Below are positions 41,256-49,340 of a DNA stretch of 64,000 nucleotides, piece by piece (the first letter of the stretch is position 1; the number at the start of each line of letters is the position of its first letter). A program made the position numbers and the translations under genes. This DNA comes from Chloroflexota bacterium (GTDB lineage Bacteria; Chloroflexota; Limnocylindria; Limnocylindrales; CSP1-4). The notes under the pieces are model-generated. The model was given only the letters and a program-made list of their open reading frames with translations, ran no database searches and was not told where the DNA came from. The stretch spans positions 10,463-74,462 of the forward strand of contig PMKN01000030.1 of NCBI GenBank assembly GCA_003158675.1, given 5' to 3'.

Positions 41256-42965
41256 ATGGCCGGCGAAGACGGAGGCCGGAGCGAAATGCACGTCGGGCAG
41301 GCGGCCGAACCGGTCGAGGGCAAGTCTCGGGCCGGGAACTTTGCCGGCTACCTGGCTCGGAACCTGACCGGGGCGTACCGCCTGGCGGCCATGGCCCTGG
41401 GCGACCCCGTTACCGCGCAGAATGTCGTCCACGACGCCGCGCTGTCCGTCTGGGTGGCGGGGCCCGGCTGGTCGGCGGGCGCTCTCGACGCGGCCTTCGA
41501 GAGACGATTCTCGGCCGAATGCGTCAAGGCAATGCGCCTTGGTGCCCGAGACGCGCTGGACTCCGGGCACGAACCGCTCGCGGCTGCCGTGCTGGAGCTT
41601 CCCCCGAGGGATCGGCTCCTGCTAGCGCGTGAGCTGGGACTCGCGTCGCCGCCCGAATCTGCCGGACATGGGCTTGCGGGCCGCTGGGCGGTGGGCCGCG
41701 GCGCTGCGGACAAGCGCGTCGCCCGAATTCTGCGATCTCTCCCGATCGAGCCGGCCGACGTCGGACTTCCGCTCGTCCAGAGGTTGCGCGAGCTGTACGC
41801 GGCCCGCGACCCCGGCGCGGAGGTCCCGCTCCAGTTGCGGCTCCGGCTTCAGCGCAGCCTGTTCGAGGCCGAGGCGGCGTCGACCGAGAAGGAGGTGTCG
41901 GCTCGGGCGGCCGGCTGGGGCTTCGTCTTCAACCTGTTCCTCGCGGTCGTGGTCCTGGCGATGGTCGTGGCCGTCGCAAGCGTCGTCGATCTGCGGAGTA
42001 GCCCGGCTGCCAGCGCCGACCCGATGGGCGACCCCTCCGTGCCTCTCACCATCGCCGGCGTCTCGGTCGTCCAGGGCGGCATCGACGGCTCGAACGTGCA
42101 CGTGGCCGCCACCCAGACCCGCTTCGTGGCGGCCTTCGAGGCCTCGGCCAATTGGCACGTGTCGCCGCAGGAATGCCTGGCCGATGTCATCGGCGCGCTC
42201 GACCCAGGTGGCGCGCCACAGTGGCTCGGCCAGAGAGCAGGCCACATTCAAGCCATTGCCGGCGACCCCTCATCAGCGAGCGTATACGCCGCCGGACCTG
42301 GGCAGTATTGCCAGTTGGGCCGCTACTCGAGCGCCGATGACGGCCTCTCGTGGTCGCCCGGACCGCTACCCACGGGGGCGGCCGAGAGCCCTTCCTGGCT
42401 GGCTTTCGATCCCGCCCACGCCGGAAGCATCCTCGCCTTCGAGGGCGGCGCGCTGTATGTCAGTTCCAATTCGGGGGCAACGTGGGCAAGCGGCCGCACG
42501 GCCGCGACACCTATCGGTTTCGATTCGACCGGACGCCTCGTGGGCTGGACGCCCGGGACACTCCTGGAATCCCTCGACGACGGCTCGACCTGGAGGCGCA
42601 CCGGACCCGGGCCGGCAGACGCGCCGACGGCCGCCGCCGCGACCTCGAAAGGCGTCCTGCTGGGCTCAAAGGCGGGCCTGTGGTGGTACCCGCTTTCCGC
42701 GCCGCCGAGCTCGATCCGGCCGGGCAGCGTCTTCTCGATTGCGGCCGTGGGCGATGGCGCCGTCGTCCTGGGGGCAGACGCCGGGGGTCAGGCGTGGCTC
42801 GGCACCGTGTCGGACACGCAGCCCGGGATGTCGCTGGCGACCTTGCCGCCGGAGCTGGCCTCGCTGAAGGTCACGGACGGCCAGGTCGCCGCCAACGACA
42901 GCGGCGCCGTGATCGCCCTGTCCGGACCGAGTTCGGCCTTGGCCTTCGCCACGTTCGCGCGATAG
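41256..42965 (+). CDS. Membrane-anchored protein: degenerate sigma-70-like N-domain, one TM segment, extracytoplasmic Asp-box (BNR) beta-propeller-like domain
   Basis: 569 aa. The N-terminus resembles sigma region 2/4 (YRLAAMALGDPVTAQNVVHDAALSVW; LPPRDRLLLAREL). TM segment WGFVFNLFLAVVVLAMVVAVASVV. Asp-box-like repeats SADDGLSWS, SNSGATWAS, LDDGSTWRR. ATG 41286 (SD GGAGG) is an alternative start. Confidence 0.7.
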   Translation: MAGEDGGRSEMHVGQAAEPVEGKSRAGNFAGYLARNLTGAYRLAAMALGDPVTAQNVVHDAALSVWVAGPGWSAGALDAAFERRFSAECVKAMRLGARDALDSGHEPLAAAVLELPPRDRLLLARELGLASPPESAGHGLAGRWAVGRGAADKRVARILRSLPIEPADVGLPLVQRLRELYAARDPGAEVPLQLRLRLQRSLFEAEAASTEKEVSARAAGWGFVFNLFLAVVVLAMVVAVASVVDLRSSPAASADPMGDPSVPLTIAGVSVVQGGIDGSNVHVAATQTRFVAAFEASANWHVSPQECLADVIGALDPGGAPQWLGQRAGHIQAIAGDPSSASVYAAGPGQYCQLGRYSSADDGLSWSPGPLPTGAAESPSWLAFDPAHAGSILAFEGGALYVSSNSGATWASGRTAATPIGFDSTGRLVGWTPGTLLESLDDGSTWRRTGPGPADAPTAAAATSKGVLLGSKAGLWWYPLSAPPSSIRPGSVFSIAAVGDGAVVLGADAGGQAWLGTVSDTQPGMSLATLPPELASLKVTDGQVAANDSGAVIALSGPSSALAFATFAR

Positions 42966-43362
42966 GGCCCGGCGCGCCGGGGCGGGCTGGGCGGCCCTCC
43001 GTCGAGCCGCGCCGGACGTCGCGAGTTGCGGCTCCATAGGCCCTGGTTGCGACAAATGTATCGATTGCGCCTCAGTGGCAACCGCTTGGAGCCCCGTCGA
43101 CCCCAAAACGACATGCGACGACAACCGACTTTGCGTGGATCTAGGGGTAGCCTCCATGCGTCGCTAGTCGGTCAGACGGTTACTCAGAACAGGAGGGATG
43201 CAATGAGGACTTCGTGCTCGTCGTTGCGCCCATCCTGGGCGAGGCGGCTGCGGCAGCCGCTCAACTCGACGCGCCGCCTCTGCTTTCCGAGCCAGCGCCG
43301 ATCAGGCGACGACGTTCGTGCGCCGGGCCGCTGCCAGTGACCCCGCAATCCGAGGAGAGACC

Positions 43363-43986
43363 GTGACTGCGCCGCTGGCCAGACCCGACCCATACAGCTT
43401 GAAGCCGAGTAAACCCGGAGCTTCCCGCTCCAGGTCACAGGTGTCAGCGCCGACCGCGCCTGCCCGGCAAGCCGGACAGCCCGTTCGCGAGCTGCTGCGG
43501 GTCGGCTTGCGAGCGATGGCGCACGGACACCTCGAGGCTGCCCGCGCCAGCCTCCTGGCGGCGGCCTCGCCGGAGAGCCTCGCATCAGGCAACGTTCTGG
43601 CGATCGACGCCCTTGCCTACCTGAGCGGCGTCCGTTGGAAGTTGGGAGAAATCGAAACCGCCCGTGCCGACTCGGAGAAAGCCCTCGCGATGGCACCCAA
43701 GCGGTTCGCGCCAAACCAGAATGCCGGGGAGATGGCCCTCAATCTGGGGAACCCTTCGGAAGCGGCCGAGCGATTCTTGATCGCGTTGCGGGCATGCGAA
43801 CCTGGAACTGCCGACGCAAAGGTCGCGGAGGCGTGCCTGAAGGATGCTCGGGAGCGGACCACGACGGGGATCCGTCACGAGGACTCATTCCCCAGCCGGC
43901 CCGGCGGTTTGCTCAGCTGGCTGACTCGAGCGCGCCGCAATCGGCCCGCCACGTCGGCTGCGGCCGAAGTCCGACCGGAGTCGTAG
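43363..43986 (+). CDS. Hypothetical TPR-like repeat protein
   Basis: In-frame part of ORF 43318-43986, started at GTG 43363 (SD GGAGAG). Helical repeat signatures LGEIETARADSEKALAMAP and LNLGNPSEAAERFLIALRA. Coding-like GC3. Confidence 0.45.
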   Translation: MTAPLARPDPYSLKPSKPGASRSRSQVSAPTAPARQAGQPVRELLRVGLRAMAHGHLEAARASLLAAASPESLASGNVLAIDALAYLSGVRWKLGEIETARADSEKALAMAPKRFAPNQNAGEMALNLGNPSEAAERFLIALRACEPGTADAKVAEACLKDARERTTTGIRHEDSFPSRPGGLLSWLTRARRNRPATSAAAEVRPES

Positions 43987-44213
43987 CGCAAGCAGTTCCC
44001 GGCGGTGCACGCACGGGTGGTGCGCTTCCGACGTCGTGTCGCAACCGTCGCACAACCCGGCAGGGCATCTTCGGCAACCCGGCTGCAGCGAAACCGTATC
44101 GCCGCCACTACTGATTTCGGCCGGCGAGTCTCCGATGCTTCAACCACGCACGGCAACCCCGGTCACATACGGCCGAGTACGGGCATCAACCGCGCGCGAA
44201 CAGGAGCTGCAAC

Positions 44214-45758
44214 ATGGCCGCCGCGCCAGGGACCGAAATGAAGCGCACCCTGACGATGACCGGGCTGACGATCAACGCCATGGCGCTGATCGCGCCCGGC
44301 GCGTTTCTCTGGACCACGTTCCAGGCCCAGGTGGTTCAGCAGAACGGCGGAATCACCACCGCCACGGACATGGTTCCGGGACTGCTATTCGTTCTGATTC
44401 TCGCGTTCCTCACGGCGTACTCATACGCCGAGCTATCGAACATCTACCCGGAAGCCGGAGCCGGATCCTCCTACTACTTCGCCGAAGCTGCCTTTCTCGA
44501 GAAAGAGGAGGCCGTACATTACAAGTTCGCCCGGCTGGCAAAGTTCATCCTGGGTTGGGTCTCGCACCTCTACTACTGGATCTACCCGGGCATCATGGTC
44601 GGTTTCACGGCGATCCTATGCGTCTACATCCTGAGCCTGTTCGGCGTGACCTTGAATCAGCCGGCCGAGGTTGGCGCTGCGTTCGTCTTCTCGGCGCTTG
44701 TCGGATTGATCGCCTATCGCGGCATTTCGGGCTCGACGATGACGGCCGTCGTCATCAACGCCATTCAGCTGACCGCTCTCGTCGGGTTCTCCATCCTCGC
44801 CATCGCGTTCCGGCTCACACATCCCGACCTTGGCTATGCTCACTCGAGCATCGCCTCGGTGGTCCTGCCGCACAACTTCACCAACGTCCTGTTCCAGGGC
44901 ACCATCGCAATCCTGCTGCTGGTCGGGTTCGAGTCGGTGACTGCCCTCGGCGCCGAAGCGAAGAACCCCAAGCGCGACGTTCGGCGAGCCGTTCTACTGT
45001 CCCTGGCCATCCAGGGGGCCGTCGCGTACGTCATCGAGTACGTCGCGGCCAACTTCCTCGTCAACAACAGCATCGTCGCGACGGACGCGACCGGCAAGAG
45101 CGTGGGCGGCTACGCCGCGGCGGCTGCCTCGTCGGCCCCGATCGGCGACATGGTCCGCTTTATCGGCGACCAGATGCTGGGCGGAACCGGCGTGGCCCTG
45201 GTTCTGGTCCTGGCCGTCAGCGTCCTGATCGCCCTCATCGGTACCACTCTGGCGTGCCTCAACACCGGCGTTCGGATCACCTACGTGATGGGCCGCGACA
45301 AGGAAGTCCCGGGCCTGCTTGGCATGCTCCATTTCCGTCATGCGACCCCGCACTACGGCGTCATCGCCCTGGCGCTCATCTCCGCCGTTCTCGGCGGCTA
45401 CGCCGTTCTCTCGGCCGACAACCTGCTCCAGATCACACTCGCGTCGAATACAGGCACCTTCCTGGTCTACGGCATGACCAACGCGCTGGTTCTGGTTGCC
45501 TTCGGCGGGCGGCACCGCCGGAACATCCTCAAGCACGTGGTCATTCCGGTCGCGGGCCTCCTGGCCAACATCGGGATGCTCGCGGCCGTCGTGATCATGA
45601 GTGTCTCCGCCGGCGGATCGACCCAGACCGATACCCTGATAGCCCTCGGTGTCGTTGTCGTCTGGATCGCGGTCGGGGCCGTCTGGCTCATCGTCAACTC
45701 GGCCGCGACGAACAAGAGTCTCCTGGTCAAACCCCCGACTGTCGTTCCGGAGAGGTAA
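44214..45758 (+). CDS. APC-superfamily amino acid/polyamine permease
   Basis: 514 aa, about 12 TM segments. N-terminal LTINAMALIAPGAFLW and YAELSNIYPEAGAGSSYYF motifs. SD GGAG. Confidence 0.9.
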   Translation: MAAAPGTEMKRTLTMTGLTINAMALIAPGAFLWTTFQAQVVQQNGGITTATDMVPGLLFVLILAFLTAYSYAELSNIYPEAGAGSSYYFAEAAFLEKEEAVHYKFARLAKFILGWVSHLYYWIYPGIMVGFTAILCVYILSLFGVTLNQPAEVGAAFVFSALVGLIAYRGISGSTMTAVVINAIQLTALVGFSILAIAFRLTHPDLGYAHSSIASVVLPHNFTNVLFQGTIAILLLVGFESVTALGAEAKNPKRDVRRAVLLSLAIQGAVAYVIEYVAANFLVNNSIVATDATGKSVGGYAAAAASSAPIGDMVRFIGDQMLGGTGVALVLVLAVSVLIALIGTTLACLNTGVRITYVMGRDKEVPGLLGMLHFRHATPHYGVIALALISAVLGGYAVLSADNLLQITLASNTGTFLVYGMTNALVLVAFGGRHRRNILKHVVIPVAGLLANIGMLAAVVIMSVSAGGSTQTDTLIALGVVVVWIAVGAVWLIVNSAATNKSLLVKPPTVVPER

Positions 45759-45778
45759 CGGTCTCCGTCCGCACGCCC

Positions 45779-45819
45779 GAGACCGCGTCTGGCAGATCTC
45801 CCCTGCCGGGCGCGGTCTC
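45779..45819 (+). terminator. Long GC hairpin after the permease gene (terminator candidate)
   Basis: GAGACCGCG(45779-45787)/CGCGGTCTC(45811-45819) with an inner GGCAG/CTGCC stem. It starts 21 nt after the stop. There is no U-tract. Confidence 0.5.
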
Positions 45820-45869
45820 CCCAATACTCAGCAGGAAGCCGACCCAATGTCCGTTTCGCGACCCGATAG

Positions 45870-46733
45870 ATGCAAGCCGTGACCGCGACGCTGGCAGTCG
45901 AGTACGCGGGTTTGTCGGTCTCGGGTTGCGTACGAGACCACAACGAAGACCGTCTTGGCTGGACCGCCCTCGACGGCGACTCAGCGTTCGTGATGCCGGC
46001 CGAGGATTTCACCCTTGAACAAGCCGTGGCCACATCGGGCCAGGGTCTGGTCTTTGCCGTCGCCGACGGTCTTGGAGGCTACGGCGGCGGAGAGATTGCC
46101 GCGGGGCTGGCCGTCGCGGCGTGCCTGAACCGCACCCGGCAAGACGTATCGGGCGGAGGCGGTCGGCTCTCGGGAATCCTGCGCGCTGCCTTCAACACGG
46201 CCAATCAGGCCATTTTCGACGCCGCGCTCGGAGGCAGCGGCAGCCGCAAGATGCAATCCACCCTGAGTGCGCTGGCGATCACTCCGGGCGAGGCTCACCT
46301 TGCCCACGTAGGCGACAGCCGCGTCTACCGGCGTCATCACGGCGACCTGGAAATCCTGACCACCGACCACAGCCAGGTCATGGAGTTGCTCCGCCTCCAC
46401 ATCATCACGCCCGAGCAGGCGGTCGACCATCCGGCGCGTTATGCGCTCACCAGATCAGTCGGCGGCGATATCACAGTCCGAGTTGACATACGCACCGAAG
46501 GAATCGAGTCGGACGACGCGTTTCTCCTCTGCTCCGACGGGCTCTGGAGCAACGTGACAGCAAGCGAAATCGTCGAAGCGCTGGCCCACGCTCCCGCGGA
46601 AGCCTGCGACCGGCTGGTCAGGCTCGCCCTGGAGCGGGGCGGCGACGATAATGCGACAGCCATGGTCATCCGCGTGCGCGAGGCCGGGCAGCGGCCCGAG
46701 GCGCCGCAGGGATGGCGGAGGTTGTTCTCGTGA
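45870..46733 (+). CDS. PP2C-family Ser/Thr protein phosphatase
   Basis: 287 aa with VRDHNEDR, FAVADGLGGYGGGEIAA, LLCSDGLW and GGDDNATAMV motifs. Confidence 0.85.
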   Translation: MQAVTATLAVEYAGLSVSGCVRDHNEDRLGWTALDGDSAFVMPAEDFTLEQAVATSGQGLVFAVADGLGGYGGGEIAAGLAVAACLNRTRQDVSGGGGRLSGILRAAFNTANQAIFDAALGGSGSRKMQSTLSALAITPGEAHLAHVGDSRVYRRHHGDLEILTTDHSQVMELLRLHIITPEQAVDHPARYALTRSVGGDITVRVDIRTEGIESDDAFLLCSDGLWSNVTASEIVEALAHAPAEACDRLVRLALERGGDDNATAMVIRVREAGQRPEAPQGWRRLFS

Positions 46734-47722
46734 CCTCGACTGAGCTGACTCCGGGCGCGAAGATCGACCAGTTCACGATCGTCAAGGCGATCGGCTCGGG
46801 GGCGTTCAGCGACGTCTTCCTGGCCCAGGACTCGAGTGGCGCTCAAGTCGTCCTCAAGTGTCCGCACGAATCGATCATGGGCGACGTTTCGACCTTCGAT
46901 CGATTCCGGCGCGAGCTGGAGATCTCACGCCATCTCCACCACCCGGGCATCCAGCGTTCGCTCGAGTTCACGATGGACCGCAGCCGGCCATACATGGTCA
47001 TGGAGTACGTCGACGGCGAGACACTGCGTGCCTACATGACTCGCGAGAAGCGCCTGTCCGTCGATCAGGCGGTCGACTTCGGGCGGCAGCTGGCGGCGGC
47101 AATGGCCTATGCCCATTCTCAAGGCGTCTTCCACCGCGATCTCAAGCCCGAGAACGTGCTCGTGAACACGGAGGGCCAGCTGGTCGTCACCGACTTCGGG
47201 GTGGCCTTCATGGCCGGCGCCCGTCGGCTCACCTGGCGCTGGTTCTCGACTGCCCTGGGCACACCCGACTACATGTCGCCCGAGCAGATCCAGGGCAAGC
47301 GAGGCGATGCCAGAACCGATGTCTACGCCATCGGCGTCATGCTCTTCGAGATGCTGGCCGGACGCGTGCCCTGGGAGGGCGACAACGCTCTCTCGGTCAT
47401 GAGCCAGCACCTGAACGCGCCCGTACCGGCGCTCCACGAGATCAACCCGGCGGTACCACCGCCGATCGAGGGAATCGTTCGCAAGTGCCTGCGCAAGATC
47501 CCGGACGAGCGCTACGAGGACGCAGCCTCGCTGGAGAGCGACCTCGAGCGCTGGCGGGATCTGCCACTGTCCCAGTTCATCTTCGGCGACGAGGCGCCCG
47601 TGGCGAGCCGCGCCTCCGACCAGAAGCTCGTCCTGCTCATCGTCGGGATTAGCGCCGGCTTCCTGGCCGCCGCCATCCTATTCGTCCTAATCGCATACCT
47701 TCTCGTCCACGCCCACGCATAG
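46712..47722 (+). CDS. Ser/Thr protein kinase with C-terminal TM anchor
   Basis: 336 aa. Hanks motifs GSGAFSDVF, VVLKC, HRDLKPENVL, DFGVA, TPDYMSPEQ. C-terminal TM segment LVLLIVGISAGFLAAAILFVLIAYLLV. It overlaps the phosphatase gene by 22 nt. Confidence 0.9.
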   Translation: MAEVVLVTSTELTPGAKIDQFTIVKAIGSGAFSDVFLAQDSSGAQVVLKCPHESIMGDVSTFDRFRRELEISRHLHHPGIQRSLEFTMDRSRPYMVMEYVDGETLRAYMTREKRLSVDQAVDFGRQLAAAMAYAHSQGVFHRDLKPENVLVNTEGQLVVTDFGVAFMAGARRLTWRWFSTALGTPDYMSPEQIQGKRGDARTDVYAIGVMLFEMLAGRVPWEGDNALSVMSQHLNAPVPALHEINPAVPPPIEGIVRKCLRKIPDERYEDAASLESDLERWRDLPLSQFIFGDEAPVASRASDQKLVLLIVGISAGFLAAAILFVLIAYLLVHAHA

Positions 47723-47759
47723 CCGCGCGAACGGCCCACGGCCGTGCGGGAGGAACGAA

Positions 47760-49211
47760 ATGTCCGACAAGACAGGACTCACATCATCCGAGGAAACGCC
47801 CTCTGCCCGTCGCTCCAACGGAGGAGGTGGCGGCGGACCCGGCCCGTCCGACGACGCCCTCGGCGGCCTGGATCTGGACCGTCGGGCGGCGGAAAGGGTC
47901 ATCGCCGCGGCGCGCGAAGCCGGCATCCAGCAGGTCGAGCTCCAGTTCACAGACGTTACCGGGGCGGTGAAGACCGTAGCCGTGCCGGCGAGGCGCCTGC
48001 CCCATGTCCTGGCCGCGGGAGAGTGGTTCGACGGCTCGGCCGTGGAAGGGCTCGCCCGCGAGGTCGAGTCCGACATGTACCTGAAGCCGGACGCAACCAC
48101 CTTCGCGATCATGGAGCAGGCGGGCGGAGTGCCCTGCGCGAGGCTGATCTGCGAGGTCGTGACGCCGACCGGCGAGCCATATCCGGGCGACGGCCGCGCC
48201 GTCTTGCGCGGTCTGCTGGCCCAAGCGGAGTCGGCCGGGCTCAATTACCTGGTGGCGCCCGAAATCGAGTTCTTCCTCTTCCCACTTGGCGACGTTGTAG
48301 AACCGTTGCCTGACGACCCGAGCAGCTACTTCGAGCGGGCCCGCGGTCAGTCGCGCCAGGTCGAGTTGGAGATCGTGGCGGGCCTGGAGGCGATCGGGAT
48401 CCGTGTCGAATCCAGCCATCACGAGGTCGCCAGCGGCCAGTTCGAGCTGGATCTGCCGATGCTTCCCGCACTCGTTTCGGCCGACACCGTCACCACGCTC
48501 AAGTCCGCGGTCAAGGAACTGGCTCGGGTACGCGGGATGCAGGCCACGTTCATGCCAAAGCCCCTGGCCACAGCCGCGGGCTCAGGGATGCACACTCACC
48601 AGGTCCTGGTTGATCGTGCAGGACGCAGCGTCTTCGACGACCCGGCGGCGGATTACGGGCTCTCGGCCGTGGCCCGGGCCTTCGCGGCGGGCCAGCTTGA
48701 GCACGCCCCGGGGCTGTGCGCCCTGGTCGCCCCGCTGGTCAACTCATATAAGCGCCTGGTGCCGGGCTACGAGGCGCCGGTAGCCGGGAGCTGGGGACGC
48801 CACAGCCGTTCGGCTCTGATCCGCGTGCCCGCCCAGGTCCGCCAGGACGATCCCGCCGTCGATGTCTTCGAGACGCGCCTGGAGCTGCGGCTACCGGACC
48901 CGAGCTGCAACCCCTACCTGGCCTTCACCGCTATGCTCGCAGCGGGCCTCGACGGACTGGACCGAGGCTGCGAACTCGGACCGCCTCTCGAAGAGGTGGA
49001 GCACGGGTTCAGCGGCGGGCACAGCCTTACCAGGCCGCTCCCGGCATCGCTGGGCGAGGCCCTGGCGGCGCTCGAAGACGACGACGTGATCATGTCTGCG
49101 CTCGGGAGCGAGCTGCTCGAACTCTTCCGGTCGGCCAAGGGTCTCGAATGGGAGGCATACCGGCGCCAGGTCACGACCTGGGAAGTCGCCGCCTACTTCC
49201 AGCGCTCATAG
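47760..49211 (+). CDS. glnA: Glutamine synthetase (type I-like)
   Basis: 483 aa with ELQFTDVTGAVK, FDGSAVEG, FMPKPLATAAGSGMHTHQ, SWGRHSRSALIRVP and ELRLPDPSCNPYLAF. SD GGGAGGAA. Confidence 0.85.
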   Translation: MSDKTGLTSSEETPSARRSNGGGGGGPGPSDDALGGLDLDRRAAERVIAAAREAGIQQVELQFTDVTGAVKTVAVPARRLPHVLAAGEWFDGSAVEGLAREVESDMYLKPDATTFAIMEQAGGVPCARLICEVVTPTGEPYPGDGRAVLRGLLAQAESAGLNYLVAPEIEFFLFPLGDVVEPLPDDPSSYFERARGQSRQVELEIVAGLEAIGIRVESSHHEVASGQFELDLPMLPALVSADTVTTLKSAVKELARVRGMQATFMPKPLATAAGSGMHTHQVLVDRAGRSVFDDPAADYGLSAVARAFAAGQLEHAPGLCALVAPLVNSYKRLVPGYEAPVAGSWGRHSRSALIRVPAQVRQDDPAVDVFETRLELRLPDPSCNPYLAFTAMLAAGLDGLDRGCELGPPLEEVEHGFSGGHSLTRPLPASLGEALAALEDDDVIMSALGSELLELFRSAKGLEWEAYRRQVTTWEVAAYFQRS

Positions 49212-49215
49212 GGCG

Positions 49216-49237
49216 CGGCCCGGCGGCTCCCGGGCCG
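49216..49237 (+). terminator. Hairpin after glnA (terminator candidate)
   Basis: CGGCCCGG-cggctc-CCGGGCCG, 8-bp GC stem with a 6-nt loop, 5 nt after the stop. There is no U-tract. Confidence 0.35.
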
Positions 49238-49340
49238 GATCGTACCGTTCCGATACCTTCCATTGACTTGTCGGTCGTGCGTCAGGCGCTAACCTAGCAG
49301 CCGACAACCAATCGCCAAGGGGGCGACTTCGGAGGTATCG

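Noticed and set aside
49250-49257. CCGATACC octamer upstream of the xylulokinase-like gene.
   Set aside because: There is no TCAA-type -35 at 14-16 nt (the sequence there is GC-only), and the gene is not motility-related. A single 8-mer match is expected by chance at this window size.
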